Shown piece after piece: positions 21,283-32,385 of a DNA stretch of 64,000 bases (its first letter is position 1; the number at the start of each line of letters is the position of its first letter). This stretch comes from an uncultured Phycisphaerales bacterium. Lineage in GTDB: Bacteria > Planctomycetota > Phycisphaerae > Sedimentisphaerales > Anaerobacaceae. The translations under genes and the position numbers were made by a program. The stretch is taken from the NCBI GenBank assembly GCA_963772725.1, contig CAVYYI010000002.1, positions 256,001-320,000 of the forward strand, written 5' to 3'. The notes beneath the pieces are model-generated. The model was not told the DNA's origin. It saw nothing but the letters and a program-made list of their open reading frames with translations, and did no database searches.

Positions 21283-21619
21283 TTACGCAAAACTTTTTAC
21301 CGCCTGAACTAATTCCTCATAATGGTCAAACTCATTGGCAAGGCGCGTTATATCAAGAATTTTCATACAATTTGCATCGAGGCCAGCCAGTTTAAGCTGG
21401 CAGTTGTTCTGATGACAGTAATCTCGTCGCCCAGAGCAATTGTCCCAGGCCCTGGCTGTCAATAAAACCTACACCGCTCATATCGAGAACGATTCCGGAT
21501 TTACAGGCAGCAATAATGCTGTTAATTGAATTCTGGAACATCTCTACAAAATCGCCATCAAGCTCGCCTTGTAATTCCATGACAGTTACATTGTTATAAT
21601 CCTGAGTTTTGATTCTCAT
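21283..21619 (-). CDS. STAS domain anti-sigma factor antagonist; frameshift near 21427
   Basis: LQGELD, VLDMSGVGFIDSQGL; continuation RDYC..LKLAGL..KILDITRL. Confidence 0.85.
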
Positions 21620-23292
21620 CTGACTAACGCTCCTACGGCAATTGCGCCGTATTTCGTAAAATCCGTATCGCTATAACCATTAATAAATCCTCCCTGCAGA
21701 ATATTCCAAAGATAATGCACATCACTGTTTATGAATACTAAACCAACTTTCTCATCAAACTGTGTACCCAAACCATCCTTAATCTGCTGAATCGCGTGCT
21801 CAACAGACATAGCTTTCCTGTAAATTCTTTCGGATGTCATAGCGTCAAAGCTGTCCGCCATGCCAACAATTTTTCCTAACAGCGGGATTTCAGCAGCGAT
21901 TAGGCTGTTAGGGTATCCTTTGCCATCCATTCGCTCATGATGACACAGCACACCTGGCACAATATCCTGCATCTGCTTTATGCCGCTGAGAATACCCGCT
22001 CCGATTGAGGGATGATTTTTAAGCTGCTTATATTCTTCCTCAGTCAGTTCTCCTTTTTTTCGCAATATTAATTCGTTAACCCCTACTTTTCCTATATCGT
22101 GGAGCAAGCCCGCCAGATAAACCTTTTGTATATCTTCTTCGCTCAGTGGTCCGTCGTACACATATCTTTCCGCAATCCATTTAGCTATGAAAGCCACTCT
22201 CTCTGAATGACCGCGAGTGTACTGGTCTTTGGCATCAATACTGTTAGTCAACGCTTTCAAAGAGCCTATAAATAATTCCTTGAGGTCGTCGAAGAGTCTG
22301 CCGTTTTCAATAAATACGGCGCAGCCGTTGGCAACCGAATTAAAAAGTTTCGCGTCCTGAGTGTCAAAATCCAGTTTACCAATCCTGTTTACCGCAATCA
22401 TAAATCCTGTTATCCTGCCGCTTTTCAACCCTTTTTCCGAGAGTCTCAGGCTGCCTTTGCCTTTACCGAATAGCGGCACGGCAATAATATTTTTTATGGA
22501 ATCAGGCCATTTATATTTGAATGGGGCATCGACTTCGCTGTCTAACAGCGCATCTTTACCCTGATTTATCTCATTAACCAGTCTGCTGTAGAGCGTGCAG
22601 GCCATGTGGCTATCTATATCAACCATTCCGGAGCCAGCCACCAGGACAAACTTTTTTTCCTCTTCTATTGTCTTTTCAAGAAGTATCGCAATACCCTCAA
22701 CTAAAACAATATCAGTCAGGCTGTCGCAGGCCATCTGGAGATAGCCGGCATCTGATTCATTCACTTTCATATTTGAACTGAGTTTGTGAAGAAGAACAAG
22801 TTCCTCATACACCTGCGCCAACTCAGTACTCACCGTTTCGATTTGCTCTTCGTTCATCGAATCGGATTGAAATTTATCGGCGAAAGAAGCCAATATTTCA
22901 CTCAGCGCATCGGGCAAAAGATGTCTCTGCGTTGATTCAAATTTATCTTCAGCGGCAGAATTTACGCCCATATCAATCATCGCCACATACTCCGGCAGGT
23001 GATGAGCCCGATACAGAATTACAGCAAGAACAGCGTTTTGCTCATAAAAGCGGCAAATATCATAATCACCGCCAAGTGCATTTTTGGGGGCATCGCAAGC
23101 CAAGATTCTCAGGCTTAGTCCGGATAATTGTTTAACATCACTTTCAAAGCGTCCGCCGCCGCTTAACAAAACCAGTTCACCGCTTGTATCAAATACGGCA
23201 AAATTGGCCTGGAATTTGTTAATTTTGAGGCCAAAACACTTTAATTTATCGGACTGTGATGCTTTCAAATTTTTCGCAATAATATCCTGCAT
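21616..23292 (-). CDS. GAF + HD-GYP cyclic di-GMP phosphodiesterase
   Basis: DAKDQYTRGHSERV, LLHDIGK, HHERMDGKGYP, DSFDAMTS. Confidence 0.92.
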   Translation of the reverse strand: MQDIIAKNLKASQSDKLKCFGLKINKFQANFAVFDTSGELVLLSGGGRFESDVKQLSGLSLRILACDAPKNALGGDYDICRFYEQNAVLAVILYRAHHLPEYVAMIDMGVNSAAEDKFESTQRHLLPDALSEILASFADKFQSDSMNEEQIETVSTELAQVYEELVLLHKLSSNMKVNESDAGYLQMACDSLTDIVLVEGIAILLEKTIEEEKKFVLVAGSGMVDIDSHMACTLYSRLVNEINQGKDALLDSEVDAPFKYKWPDSIKNIIAVPLFGKGKGSLRLSEKGLKSGRITGFMIAVNRIGKLDFDTQDAKLFNSVANGCAVFIENGRLFDDLKELFIGSLKALTNSIDAKDQYTRGHSERVAFIAKWIAERYVYDGPLSEEDIQKVYLAGLLHDIGKVGVNELILRKKGELTEEEYKQLKNHPSIGAGILSGIKQMQDIVPGVLCHHERMDGKGYPNSLIAAEIPLLGKIVGMADSFDAMTSERIYRKAMSVEHAIQQIKDGLGTQFDEKVGLVFINSDVHYLWNILQGGFINGYSDTDFTKYGAIAVGALVR

Positions 23293-23335
23293 AGTTACCT
23301 TTCAGATGGTGCTTATCGATATAATTATCGATCAT

Positions 23336-23725
23336 TTATGCGCAGCTTATGACCTTTTCATGTAAAATATCTTCAATGTTCCTTAATAATTCTTTGGGAC
23401 TAAACGGCTTACTTATACAGGCAGAAAGCCTGAGTTCCTGCTGCTTTTCCCTGTCCACGGCAAAACTTCTCGCGGTCAAGAGTATCACGGGTATATCCTT
23501 GATATTTTCCGTGAGGCGGATTTTAGCCACAAGTTCCAGCCCCGTCATAACAGGCATCTGGAAATCCGAAACTATGATGTCAGGGTTTTCCCTGCATGCC
23601 AGCTCAAAAGCTTCCGCGCCATTTTCAGCAGTTATAACCTCATAACCGTTGTTTCGAAGTTTTATCGCCACAACATGAACAATATGTATCTCATCATCCA
23701 CAACTAAAACTTTTTTAACAGTCAT
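23336..23725 (-). CDS. single-domain response regulator
   Basis: VLVVDDE, D(FQ)MP, LTA, KPF. Confidence 0.93.
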   Translation of the reverse strand: MTVKKVLVVDDEIHIVHVVAIKLRNNGYEVITAENGAEAFELACRENPDIIVSDFQMPVMTGLELVAKIRLTENIKDIPVILLTARSFAVDREKQQELRLSACISKPFSPKELLRNIEDILHEKVISCA

Positions 23726-23782
23726 TTTCTTTCCTCCGATATTAATTAAACACAGCCATGATTATATAGGACTGTAAAATCA

Positions 23783-25264
23783 TTATTTACCAACACCATT
23801 TTCCGCCCCTGCCGTTGCGAGGGGCAATTCAAAACCGAACGTACTGCCCAAGCCGACTTTGCTTTTGACAAACACGCGGCCATTATGGACTTTTTCGACA
23901 ATTTGTTTAACAAGATTAAGTCCAAGACCGGTACCTTTAGCGACATTTTTATTTGCCTCAACTCTGTAAAACTTTTCAAATAAATTTGGAAGTTCATTTT
24001 CAGGAATTCCTACTCCTGTATCTGTTACACTGAATCTCGCAAGCTGGGCGATTTCATCGACTTCATTGTCAATTTTTATCGAGCCTCCCGGCTTGGTGTA
24101 TTTGACAGCGTTACTGAGTAAATTGACAATAACCTGTGAAATCATATCTTTATCGGCATATATCTGGCCGAAAACAATTACATCTTTTCCCTTTTTTTCC
24201 GCATCGCCCCAGGAGACCTTGATATTTTTCTCATCGGCATAACCCTTTATCATCTGGAGTTGCTCCTCAATAAGCATCGCAAGGCTGACAGGGGTTTTTT
24301 CGACTTTAATCAAGCCGGATTCTATTCTCGAAATATTCAGGATGTCCTCGATTAAGCGGCTCAATCTTTTAGCCTGGTTCTGGATAATGGAATAAAACTC
24401 TTTTCTTGTTTCTTCGTCGTCCGCCTCGCCATCGGTAAGCATTTCAGAATAAGCCATAATTGAAGCAAGCGGCGTCTTCAATTCGTGCGAAACGTGACTT
24501 ACGAAGTCGTTCTTCATTTGCGATATTTCCTTTTCCCTGGTTATATCGTGCAGAACGGCGACAACTCCGCAAATACGTTCCTTGACTTCGTCGCGCACAC
24601 ACGAAACAAGGCAATTGAAAATCTGCCCGGTATGGAATTGAATTTCCCGCCTGGCGGCGAGTGTCTTACTCTGCCTGCATTGACGTATGAAATCCAGAAG
24701 CTCATCGGCGTAGGTCAATTCACCGACATTTTTAAGTTGTGAGTTTTTGAAATCAAAACCAAAAAGTTTTCCTGCCGTCTCATTGGCTACGAGCAACCTG
24801 TCATATTCATCAACAACAAGCACGGCATCGCAGATGCTGTATATAATCGCATCGCTGTTCCTCTTCTGCTCCCGCAAAAGCTGAACTTTAATCTGCGAAT
24901 CCCTTATCTGTGTCTCAAGTTCCTCAATGTAATTAATGTTGCCTTTGAAACGGTCGTTAATCGCTTCGGAAAGATTTTTAATCGCAGGGTTACTGTGTGA
25001 GTTAACAGACAACGATGATTTACCGTCCTTAAGTATTTGGGTTATAGAGGCGACCCCATCCGCACTGTTCAACCAATAGCGGCTAAGCCAGATCGCCCCT
25101 ATAGCCTCGACAGCAAGCAGCACAGAGGTGAGCGAATACCATATTTTCCCTGAACCTGAATATCGCCACAGGTAAAGACTCCCGATGAAAAGGCTCATAG
25201 CGACGATATCAAGTCCCAAGGCTATAATAATCGAATCAAGTTTTCTGTTTCTAATTCTTTTCAC
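23783..25264 (-). CDS. membrane PAS sensor histidine kinase
   Basis: two TM helices, PAS, SHELKTPL, NLLSNAVKY, DTGVGI, GTGLGL. Confidence 0.93.
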   Translation of the reverse strand: MKRIRNRKLDSIIIALGLDIVAMSLFIGSLYLWRYSGSGKIWYSLTSVLLAVEAIGAIWLSRYWLNSADGVASITQILKDGKSSLSVNSHSNPAIKNLSEAINDRFKGNINYIEELETQIRDSQIKVQLLREQKRNSDAIIYSICDAVLVVDEYDRLLVANETAGKLFGFDFKNSQLKNVGELTYADELLDFIRQCRQSKTLAARREIQFHTGQIFNCLVSCVRDEVKERICGVVAVLHDITREKEISQMKNDFVSHVSHELKTPLASIMAYSEMLTDGEADDEETRKEFYSIIQNQAKRLSRLIEDILNISRIESGLIKVEKTPVSLAMLIEEQLQMIKGYADEKNIKVSWGDAEKKGKDVIVFGQIYADKDMISQVIVNLLSNAVKYTKPGGSIKIDNEVDEIAQLARFSVTDTGVGIPENELPNLFEKFYRVEANKNVAKGTGLGLNLVKQIVEKVHNGRVFVKSKVGLGSTFGFELPLATAGAENGVGK

Positions 25265-25303
25265 ACTATACTCTCTCTAATTTTTAACAAGCCAGAGTTC
25301 CGT

Positions 25304-27113
25304 TTATCTCCTGAGCCATTTCTCGGTATCAGGTTTTTCGACCTGTTCGACGACTTTTCTTTCTATTTTTGACGCTGCCACAGGGTCAGTTTCGGCAAGA
25401 ATTCTCTCTTTGAGCCTTATGGCCTCGGTATATGTCGGGCGAAGTTCAAGCACTATGTCCAATTCATGGAGAGCTGCCTGCTTGTCGCCTTCCAGATAAT
25501 ATCTTGCGGCCTTTGCATAGCGGTCATCGGCGAGTCTACCCCTGCCAATCCACTGCTCAGCGTTCTTGGCCCCGTTCATTTTTCGGCTTATATCCTCGGC
25601 TCTGGCTAAGCCATTGAGCTGGTTCGGCTCACTAATAATATGCGGTGTGAGCAGAACAATAACTTCCTGGCGTTTGTTTGAATCACTTGTGCCGCGGAAC
25701 AATGCCCCCAGCAGCGGAAGATCGCCGAGTAAAGGAATCTGCGAGCGCGTAGTTGTTACGGCATCTCTGAAAAGACCGCCGATAACGACCGTCTGTCCAT
25801 CCTTAAGCATTATATTCGCTGTGAGTTCAGCGGTAGTTTCAGTAGGAATGCCCTCCGAATCGACAGCACCGGAACTATCCTTAGGATATATATCCATTCT
25901 GATGTAACCGTCATTAGCAATGTAAGGCCTGAAAGAAAGCTTTGTGCCGGTATCGAGAAATTTTACCTCTCCAACAGTGGCCTGACCTGTATCGGAAATT
26001 GTAGTCCTGTCTCTGTAGCCGATTTTCTGGCCAATAAATACCGTTCCCATCTGTTTATTCAGCGCCAAAATCTTTGGGCTGGCGAGAACGGTTATATCGG
26101 TAACAGATTCCAGCGCGGTTATAAATGCCGACATATCTCCGCTTGTAATACCTACACGCAGACCATTGAGATTAGTTGTAGCAAAGCCGGCTTGTTCAAT
26201 TGGAGTTCCGCCCGTACCATTGGCAATTTGTTGTATCGGAGATGTTGCAGTGGTGCCCCCTGCTGACAGTATCACCCGATACTAAGTCGCCTGTTGCGGA
26301 TGAGCCTATCAAATTAACTCCATTAAGGAGATTCCAGTCAACACCGAGTTCCATACCTTCGGTCAAAGTCGCACTTAAAATGGTAGCCTCAATAAGAACC
26401 TGCTGAGGACGAACATCGATTAGCTTTATAACATTTTCAGCTTTTGCAATATTTTCCGGGAAATCAAACATAACGATGGTGTCATACTGAGTTAAGGTGT
26501 CACCGCCGACCGTTCCGCCAACCGAACTGCCGCCTGAACCGGATACACTTCCCGCACCAAGTGAAATCCCTTTTTCCGCTGGCGAACTGGCATTAATCGT
26601 TCCACCCTGACTCTTTACGGGGTTAAGCATTTTGGACGCATCAGCGGCGCTGACATAGTAAAGCGTGAAAACCTTGTGCGTCATCCGCGACTTGTCCTCT
26701 TTGATGGCCTTATATTCCTCAGCGGTATAAACTCTGATGAAGTTGCCTTCCTCGTCATACTTGAAGTTATAACCGAGGATTGAATCAAGAGCCTCCTTGA
26801 AAGAAACGTTATAAAGGCCGCCGACTGTAATATTGCCGCTGACCTTAGGCGAAGGCACTATATTCTTTTGATACTTAACCGCCAGAAACCGTAAAGCGTC
26901 CCTGATGCTGACATCTTTTTTGAAAGTGATTGACTGAATTGAACTGTCAGCCGAACCGGCGGCGGCAATACTGCCGATGCCTTCGTTAGCATCAGAGCTA
27001 TTCGCGTCCTGCCCCGCAGCTACTGCAGCAAATATCAGAGCAAAAACAATCCCCGAAATAACAAAATTTTTACCTTCTAAGAAATCTCTGTTCTGTTTTT
27101 TGTCCATACACAT
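25304..27113 (-). CDS. secretin (PilQ/GspD); frameshift in C5 run near 26258
   Basis: DVRPQQVLIEATI, ASPKILALN, DGQTVVIGGL, IPLLGDLPLLGALF, LLTPHII. Confidence 0.9.
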
Positions 27114-27178
27114 AATTTAGCTCCTTTTCAAAATTAGTTTGGCAACAACACTATGCCAAAACAAAATACTATTTTTGT

Positions 27179-27760
27179 TTAATTAGCGATTTCAACCGTT
27201 TGCGCCAGCTTTAAAGCTATTTCCATTTTTCCACATCTAATATGTACCTCATCAACACCAATTTTAATTACTTCACAATCGTATATATCAATACCATTCT
27301 TAACAGAGAACTTATCACCGACATAATACAGCCTGTCGTTGATGAAAGCCTGTGACTTTGGCCCGAGTACGACGGCCTCGAGCTTTAATTTATCGCTAAC
27401 CTGCCCGCTATAAGCCTGACTGTTATTGTCTGCAGCAAACCCTCTGGTGTCGCTGCCATATAAAGATTCTTTATTAACAGTGAAAAAATCTCTGGTAAGT
27501 TTATCGTTACGTCCTTTAATCTTAGGTAATTCCACATAAGTTATTTTCAGAGGCTGTGAGACAGGCGCCACAGCGGCTTGTGTCTGAGCAATTAACGAAG
27601 CTTCAGAGGCATTTGGCCCTTTCCCACTGAGGATTCGTATCCACATAAATACCATCACGGATACCAGGCAGGCAGCCATAACAATCTTTTTCTTTTCGGC
27701 TGCTATTCGCCCCTTAAGCCCATTAATGGTATTTTTTATGTCTCCAGTATTTGATTCCAT
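27179..27760 (-). CDS. pilus-associated membrane protein (PilP-like position)
   Basis: single TM; RDFF; LKLEAVV..AFIND; lies between pilO and the secretin. Confidence 0.6.
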   Translation of the reverse strand: MESNTGDIKNTINGLKGRIAAEKKKIVMAACLVSVMVFMWIRILSGKGPNASEASLIAQTQAAVAPVSQPLKITYVELPKIKGRNDKLTRDFFTVNKESLYGSDTRGFAADNNSQAYSGQVSDKLKLEAVVLGPKSQAFINDRLYYVGDKFSVKNGIDIYDCEVIKIGVDEVHIRCGKMEIALKLAQTVEIAN

Positions 27761-27765
27761 ATTAC

Positions 27766-28311
27766 CTATCCCCGACTACCCAGCGGTTTATAATAAACAA
27801 CAACATTTGTCCTCATACTCACATGGCCACTGTAATCGTTCTGATTTTCCAACTCTACCTCATCTATGCGGACCAGCCTGTCCAATCCCTGCATCGATTT
27901 GTAAAACTCAAATAACTGCAGGAGCTTTCCCTGGCATTGCATACTGACGGGAATACATTTTAAACCGCCGGCATCCGTTTCCTGTCCCGGTTGAATAAGC
28001 TGGCCTTTAAGGTCAAGGCGGTTCATCAAGTCAGCTATCTGCTGCATAAATTCTCCGATTTGTCTGTCAGACGGGATATTCGCATTGTACTTGCCTATAT
28101 CAGCCTGCAGTTTCGCAAATTCCTCTTTAAGTTTCGGCATTTCTGCGACTGCTTTGGAAGCTTCGGCTAATGCCGCCTGCTGCGAGGCTTTGCTGCACTC
28201 CACATCATTAATCTTTTTATGCAAAGGCCAGCATCTAAACAACAAGGCGCCTCCGACCAGTACGAAAGCCATCACACAAATCAATATCTGTTGTTTTGCA
28301 CGAAATAACAT
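27766..28311 (-). CDS. pilO: PilO-like alignment subcomplex protein
   Basis: TM, coiled coil, IP..QI..F, LDRLVRI; synteny. Confidence 0.8.
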   Translation of the reverse strand: MLFRAKQQILICVMAFVLVGGALLFRCWPLHKKINDVECSKASQQAALAEASKAVAEMPKLKEEFAKLQADIGKYNANIPSDRQIGEFMQQIADLMNRLDLKGQLIQPGQETDAGGLKCIPVSMQCQGKLLQLFEFYKSMQGLDRLVRIDEVELENQNDYSGHVSMRTNVVVYYKPLGSRG

Positions 28312-28322
28312 CCAATACCTTT

Positions 28323-29039
28323 CTAATTCACAACACTTACACTTTGAGTTTTAGCTGCAGGGCTTTGCGCATCTTCCCTGTAATTTTCAATATAACCGCT
28401 TATTTCAAACTCGCTGACGCGGGACATGTCTGTTCCCGATTTATTGGCGTCAGTTTTGTTTTCCATATTCCTTGAAAACAGCGGTAAAACTCGCCAGAAA
28501 TAAGGGGATTCCTCGAGCCTGCATATTAATTTTGCGACTCCGCCGGCATCGCGGGCCATTCCACCTAAAACAACTTTAAACCGCACCGGACCTGTATATT
28601 TTGTGTCGCTGCCCACATTTTTGACGGTTCGTACCGCGCCGGAAACATCAGACTTATTCTCGTTTTGCTCAAACTTTTCAGCCTTGAACTCGAGTTTGCC
28701 AAGCGTTATGTTATCGTCGACTAAAAAACTCGTTTCAGCTAAAACACCGGCAATATCAATTTTCGTCTTAATATTATCGAGTTCGGACGCTTTTTTCCGC
28801 AGTTGGGATATTTGTTTCTTCAGTTCTGCATATTCATTCAGCGATTTCTGACCCTGGGCATACAGGGACGACTTTTTTGAAATATCGGCGGCGGCCCGCG
28901 AGATTGAATGCATGGTAAGACCATTCCAGACCACGGCAATTGAAAATATGCAGCCTATAACTATGTATTGAGTCGTATAGCCTGCCTGCTTTCGCCTGCC
29001 GCTTCTGTACCATTCAGGAAGAAAATCAATCTCTTTCAT
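28323..29039 (-). CDS. pilN: PilN-like protein
   Basis: IDFLP N-terminus, TM, coiled coil, LEESPYF. Confidence 0.8.
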   Translation of the reverse strand: MKEIDFLPEWYRSGRRKQAGYTTQYIVIGCIFSIAVVWNGLTMHSISRAAADISKKSSLYAQGQKSLNEYAELKKQISQLRKKASELDNIKTKIDIAGVLAETSFLVDDNITLGKLEFKAEKFEQNENKSDVSGAVRTVKNVGSDTKYTGPVRFKVVLGGMARDAGGVAKLICRLEESPYFWRVLPLFSRNMENKTDANKSGTDMSRVSEFEISGYIENYREDAQSPAAKTQSVSVVN

Positions 29040-29053
29040 AATTTCACCGTGTT

Positions 29054-30265
29054 TTATTTCACAGAACAAGTCTCAGGCATTGCGGATTTGCAAGCCCTGG
29101 ACGTATTCACGCCTTTGAGAGCAAGTCCTGTCGCTAATGACCATTCACACAGCAAGCTGCGTCTGTTACTGTTTAAAGTTACATTGGCGATATTACAGCC
29201 CCTTAATGGCTGGCCTGCCTCTATTCCAACCGTTAATTGTCGTTTTAAAACATCTGTCAGAATATTATCGTAAGCCTCACCGCCGCTTAGTGTAGCCCGT
29301 TCTACCCGCTTACCTCTGAAGGTTACAGTGTAATATCTAAGGCAAAGTGATATTTCCCTGGCCAGTTCTTCGGCCGTACCGACGATTGAATCAACTATTA
29401 CCTGTCGAGTTGCCGCATCGAGTCCCTGTTTATTGCTCGCGATAACATCAGGGCAATCCCACGCAACCTTATCGTCGGTTGCCGCTGCCGGGAACGTCTG
29501 CGGCTGCTTTTCGGTTCTGAGCGTTGCTCGCAGCATTTCAACTTCATTGAGGCTTATACCAAGTTTAGCCGCAATCTGATGGTTGAATTTTTTCCCACCG
29601 ATTGCTATTTGCTTGATAAAGCAAATTTCATTTTCACGTCCAAAAATAACTGTGGTATAATGATATCCAATATCTATGAAGACACCCGCTATTTCATTGT
29701 CTTCCTGCCGCCTGTGAAATCTCTCGAAACATCTGAACAAAGCACATGGAACGGCCTCTATCGCAACAGGCTTAAGCTGCGCCTGTTCAAGAATATCGAT
29801 ATGATTTCTTATGGCAGCACCCTTTACGGCAAATGCTATCAGTTCATTCTTTACTTCATCCCCGTTCCTTACAGTGCCCGCAAGAATATAATTAACAGCG
29901 TCCTCTTTCAGGTCCAAACCAAACCGCTGCGAAATTTCCTTGTTCAGAACATCTTCCATTGTTTCTGTTTCCATCTCCGGCAAACGGAAACCAGTTATTA
30001 TCACATCCTCGCTCGGCAGAGACGATACAACTTCCCTTCCGATGAAATTACCGTCTTCAACCATTTTGGTCAGGGCTGAAATAATCCGGGTTTTTCGTGC
30101 ATCGGCATCATCATCACCGTTATCACAGGCTATTCGAACCTTATCGGCAGCAATGACACTTATATCATCTCCAGCCGCGGCAAGTTGAAGCATCTTTATG
30201 GAGTGGTTTCCAATGTCCAATCCTATGGGCTGATGACTGCAATTTTTTAGCATCCAGTTTATCAT
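29054..30265 (-). CDS. pilM: PilM actin-like protein
   Basis: IGLDIGNHSIKM, IDIG, LSGGEA, ATGLALK. Confidence 0.9.
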   Translation of the reverse strand: MINWMLKNCSHQPIGLDIGNHSIKMLQLAAAGDDISVIAADKVRIACDNGDDDADARKTRIISALTKMVEDGNFIGREVVSSLPSEDVIITGFRLPEMETETMEDVLNKEISQRFGLDLKEDAVNYILAGTVRNGDEVKNELIAFAVKGAAIRNHIDILEQAQLKPVAIEAVPCALFRCFERFHRRQEDNEIAGVFIDIGYHYTTVIFGRENEICFIKQIAIGGKKFNHQIAAKLGISLNEVEMLRATLRTEKQPQTFPAAATDDKVAWDCPDVIASNKQGLDAATRQVIVDSIVGTAEELAREISLCLRYYTVTFRGKRVERATLSGGEAYDNILTDVLKRQLTVGIEAGQPLRGCNIANVTLNSNRRSLLCEWSLATGLALKGVNTSRACKSAMPETCSVK

Positions 30266-30282
30266 TTATGTAATACCTATTC

Positions 30283-30774
30283 TCAAATTATCGAAATATA
30301 TCCCGTAACAGGCTCTACCCTAACAGTTATAGTTATCGTCCCCGCCCGGAGTGTAATAACTCCGCTATTGAGGGGATTTCCGCTGCCATTGTAAGGACTC
30401 CCGAGATAATCAAATTTTATTCTGGTGGTTGAATCAAAACTTACGCTGTTAATATCAACTTTGCTCAGTCTGCTGTCGTTCCGTAAATTCACAACATAAG
30501 CGGCCCCTCCATTGAGGGGATGCCCTATTACGCTGCCATTCTGGTCTTTTATGCTGTAGGTTTCATTTGCGGTATCAAACTCAACAGAATAAAGCTGTCC
30601 TGTGGTAATAGCCATACTTTTGGCATACTCGAGGTCAGCGGCAATCATATTGGCGGCACTTTTAATCTGCATATTGGCCGCGGAACCAGCCATTGGAATC
30701 GCCACCATCGCCGCAATGGCAAGTATCACAACAACCACGAGGATTTCTACAAAAGTAAAGCCTCGCTTAGTCAT
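30283..30774 (-). CDS. minor pilin (FimT/GspH-like)
   Basis: KRG|FTFVEILVVVVILAI prepilin motif; DLEYAKSMA; FDYLG. Confidence 0.88.
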   Translation of the reverse strand: MTKRGFTFVEILVVVVILAIAAMVAIPMAGSAANMQIKSAANMIAADLEYAKSMAITTGQLYSVEFDTANETYSIKDQNGSVIGHPLNGGAAYVVNLRNDSRLSKVDINSVSFDSTTRIKFDYLGSPYNGSGNPLNSGVITLRAGTITITVRVEPVTGYISII

Positions 30775-31231
30775 TTTTCCTGTGACTGCGTTTTTGAAAC
30801 AGCGAATATTCACAGTCATAAATTGTCGGAACCTTTCCATTGCAAACATCCTTTCGCTCCCGCTGAGCGGGGGTTTAGACATAGTATCGATTTTGCCATA
30901 TTGATTTTCGACTCCTTTTAATTGAGTCTTAACCTCTATTAAGGCACATGCACAATTGATAACGTCCGGTAACATTTTCGCTGCCGGAATAAGATAGAGA
31001 CTATCAGATTTGCTGAATGTCCCGTTAAACAACGGCCCGGCAATTAAAGTGTCAAATCAGTATCAACATGTCGATTTTCTTAAATGGTAATCAGCACAAC
31101 TGATACAATCATCAAAAGATTTGGATTGCGACTGCCCTTCTATAAATGGTCAAAACAGGTTCAATCCTGTGTTATTGTCATTATCAAATTACTTCGTTTT
31201 TTTTTCAAAAATTTTATCTAATGCCCTATAA

Positions 31232-32383
31232 TTATGGTCTCGTAATACTTTTGTAAAACGCCCCCGCCGCGGGTGTCCAGCGTTTAGATACGCCCGCAGT
31301 CGGCCAGACCTGTATCGCCGCAACTGTTGGAGATGCGGTAACGGTTACTGAACAGAAAGATGTGTTTTTTATCCCATCGCCAAGAACATATAAAGCTCCA
31401 ACTACGCTGATACGTTCGTTCCATTTGTCCTTCATATCAATGTGGCAGCCCACCTGAACATAACCTGTTACATTAAGCCTTGCGGCTATACCCTGGCCTG
31501 TCAAAATATTTCCTACCAAAAGAGCGGGGAAGTTTTTAACAGCGGTGATAGCAGTGCTGCTTGAGTCGTTCATCTTTAAATCGTTTGAGACTACAAGCAT
31601 TCCTGTTATCTGCACATTGCCGGCCAATTGCAGGTCTCCGCTGCGATAATAGATGCCGGCCGGATTACTCGGTGTGGGTCCCAGTGTGATATTCTGGAGC
31701 GTATCCGAGCCAAGAACCGTAACAAAATATTTGGTTGAACCGATATAATAATACGAACTGTAATCAGGTAAGACCGGCAGATTTACAGGGGGAGCTGTAT
31801 AATTCTGATATTTTTGTCCACTGACAGAACCCCAGCCGGATATGATGTTTATAGTATTTCGAGAGTAGACATCGCCGTAAATCGTATTGTATATGTTAAG
31901 GGTATCGCCGCAATATACATCTCCCGTTATGGTAACCTGTGAAGGTATCGCCTGTGAGGCTCCCTGCCAATAACCGACGCAGGGATTAAACCGTAATTCG
32001 GCATTTAAGCTACTGCCGCCGATTCTACTGCTGCCCTTTTCTCTGTAAGCAGTGCAACTTATGCGGAAATTGCAGTAATTGTTTTTAGTTACGCTGACAT
32101 CATAATAATCGCTGCTGCCGGCGACAAGCTGCTGCCTCAAAGCTCCGGTCCAAAACTCTGAACTGACATCCTGCGGATTGAGAAGCAGTCCCCTGGCGTG
32201 TTCGAGACCCGAACCAGCCAGATAATCCATTTGCGTTCTAAGAGCCATATTTGCGCCGCAATTCAGTTCAGCGCTGGATTTGGATAAAAACCCAAGCGAC
32301 AGGACGGCTATCGCCATTACGATAAAAAGAACTATCAGTAATGCCGCACCTTTTCTACATATTGTATTTTTAGGATAATCCAT
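31232..32383 (-). CDS. PilX/GspK-like minor pilin
   Basis: RKG|AALLIVL lacking E5; YLAGSGLEHA. Confidence 0.8.
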   Translation of the reverse strand: MDYPKNTICRKGAALLIVLFIVMAIAVLSLGFLSKSSAELNCGANMALRTQMDYLAGSGLEHARGLLLNPQDVSSEFWTGALRQQLVAGSSDYYDVSVTKNNYCNFRISCTAYREKGSSRIGGSSLNAELRFNPCVGYWQGASQAIPSQVTITGDVYCGDTLNIYNTIYGDVYSRNTINIISGWGSVSGQKYQNYTAPPVNLPVLPDYSSYYYIGSTKYFVTVLGSDTLQNITLGPTPSNPAGIYYRSGDLQLAGNVQITGMLVVSNDLKMNDSSSTAITAVKNFPALLVGNILTGQGIAARLNVTGYVQVGCHIDMKDKWNERISVVGALYVLGDGIKNTSFCSVTVTASPTVAAIQVWPTAGVSKRWTPAAGAFYKSITRP

Positions 32384-32385
32384 AA

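Noticed and set aside
27139..27160. sigma54 promoter before the secretin (TGGCATAGTGTTGT, minus strand)
   Set aside because: The -12 is GT rather than GC, and the site is equally explained as a TTTGGCA/TGCCAAA hairpin.
30775..31231. c-di-GMP riboswitch, or a long N-terminal extension of the FimT-like pilin
   Set aside because: GGCAAA is not followed by the GEMM stems; the prepilin motif places the start at about 30774.
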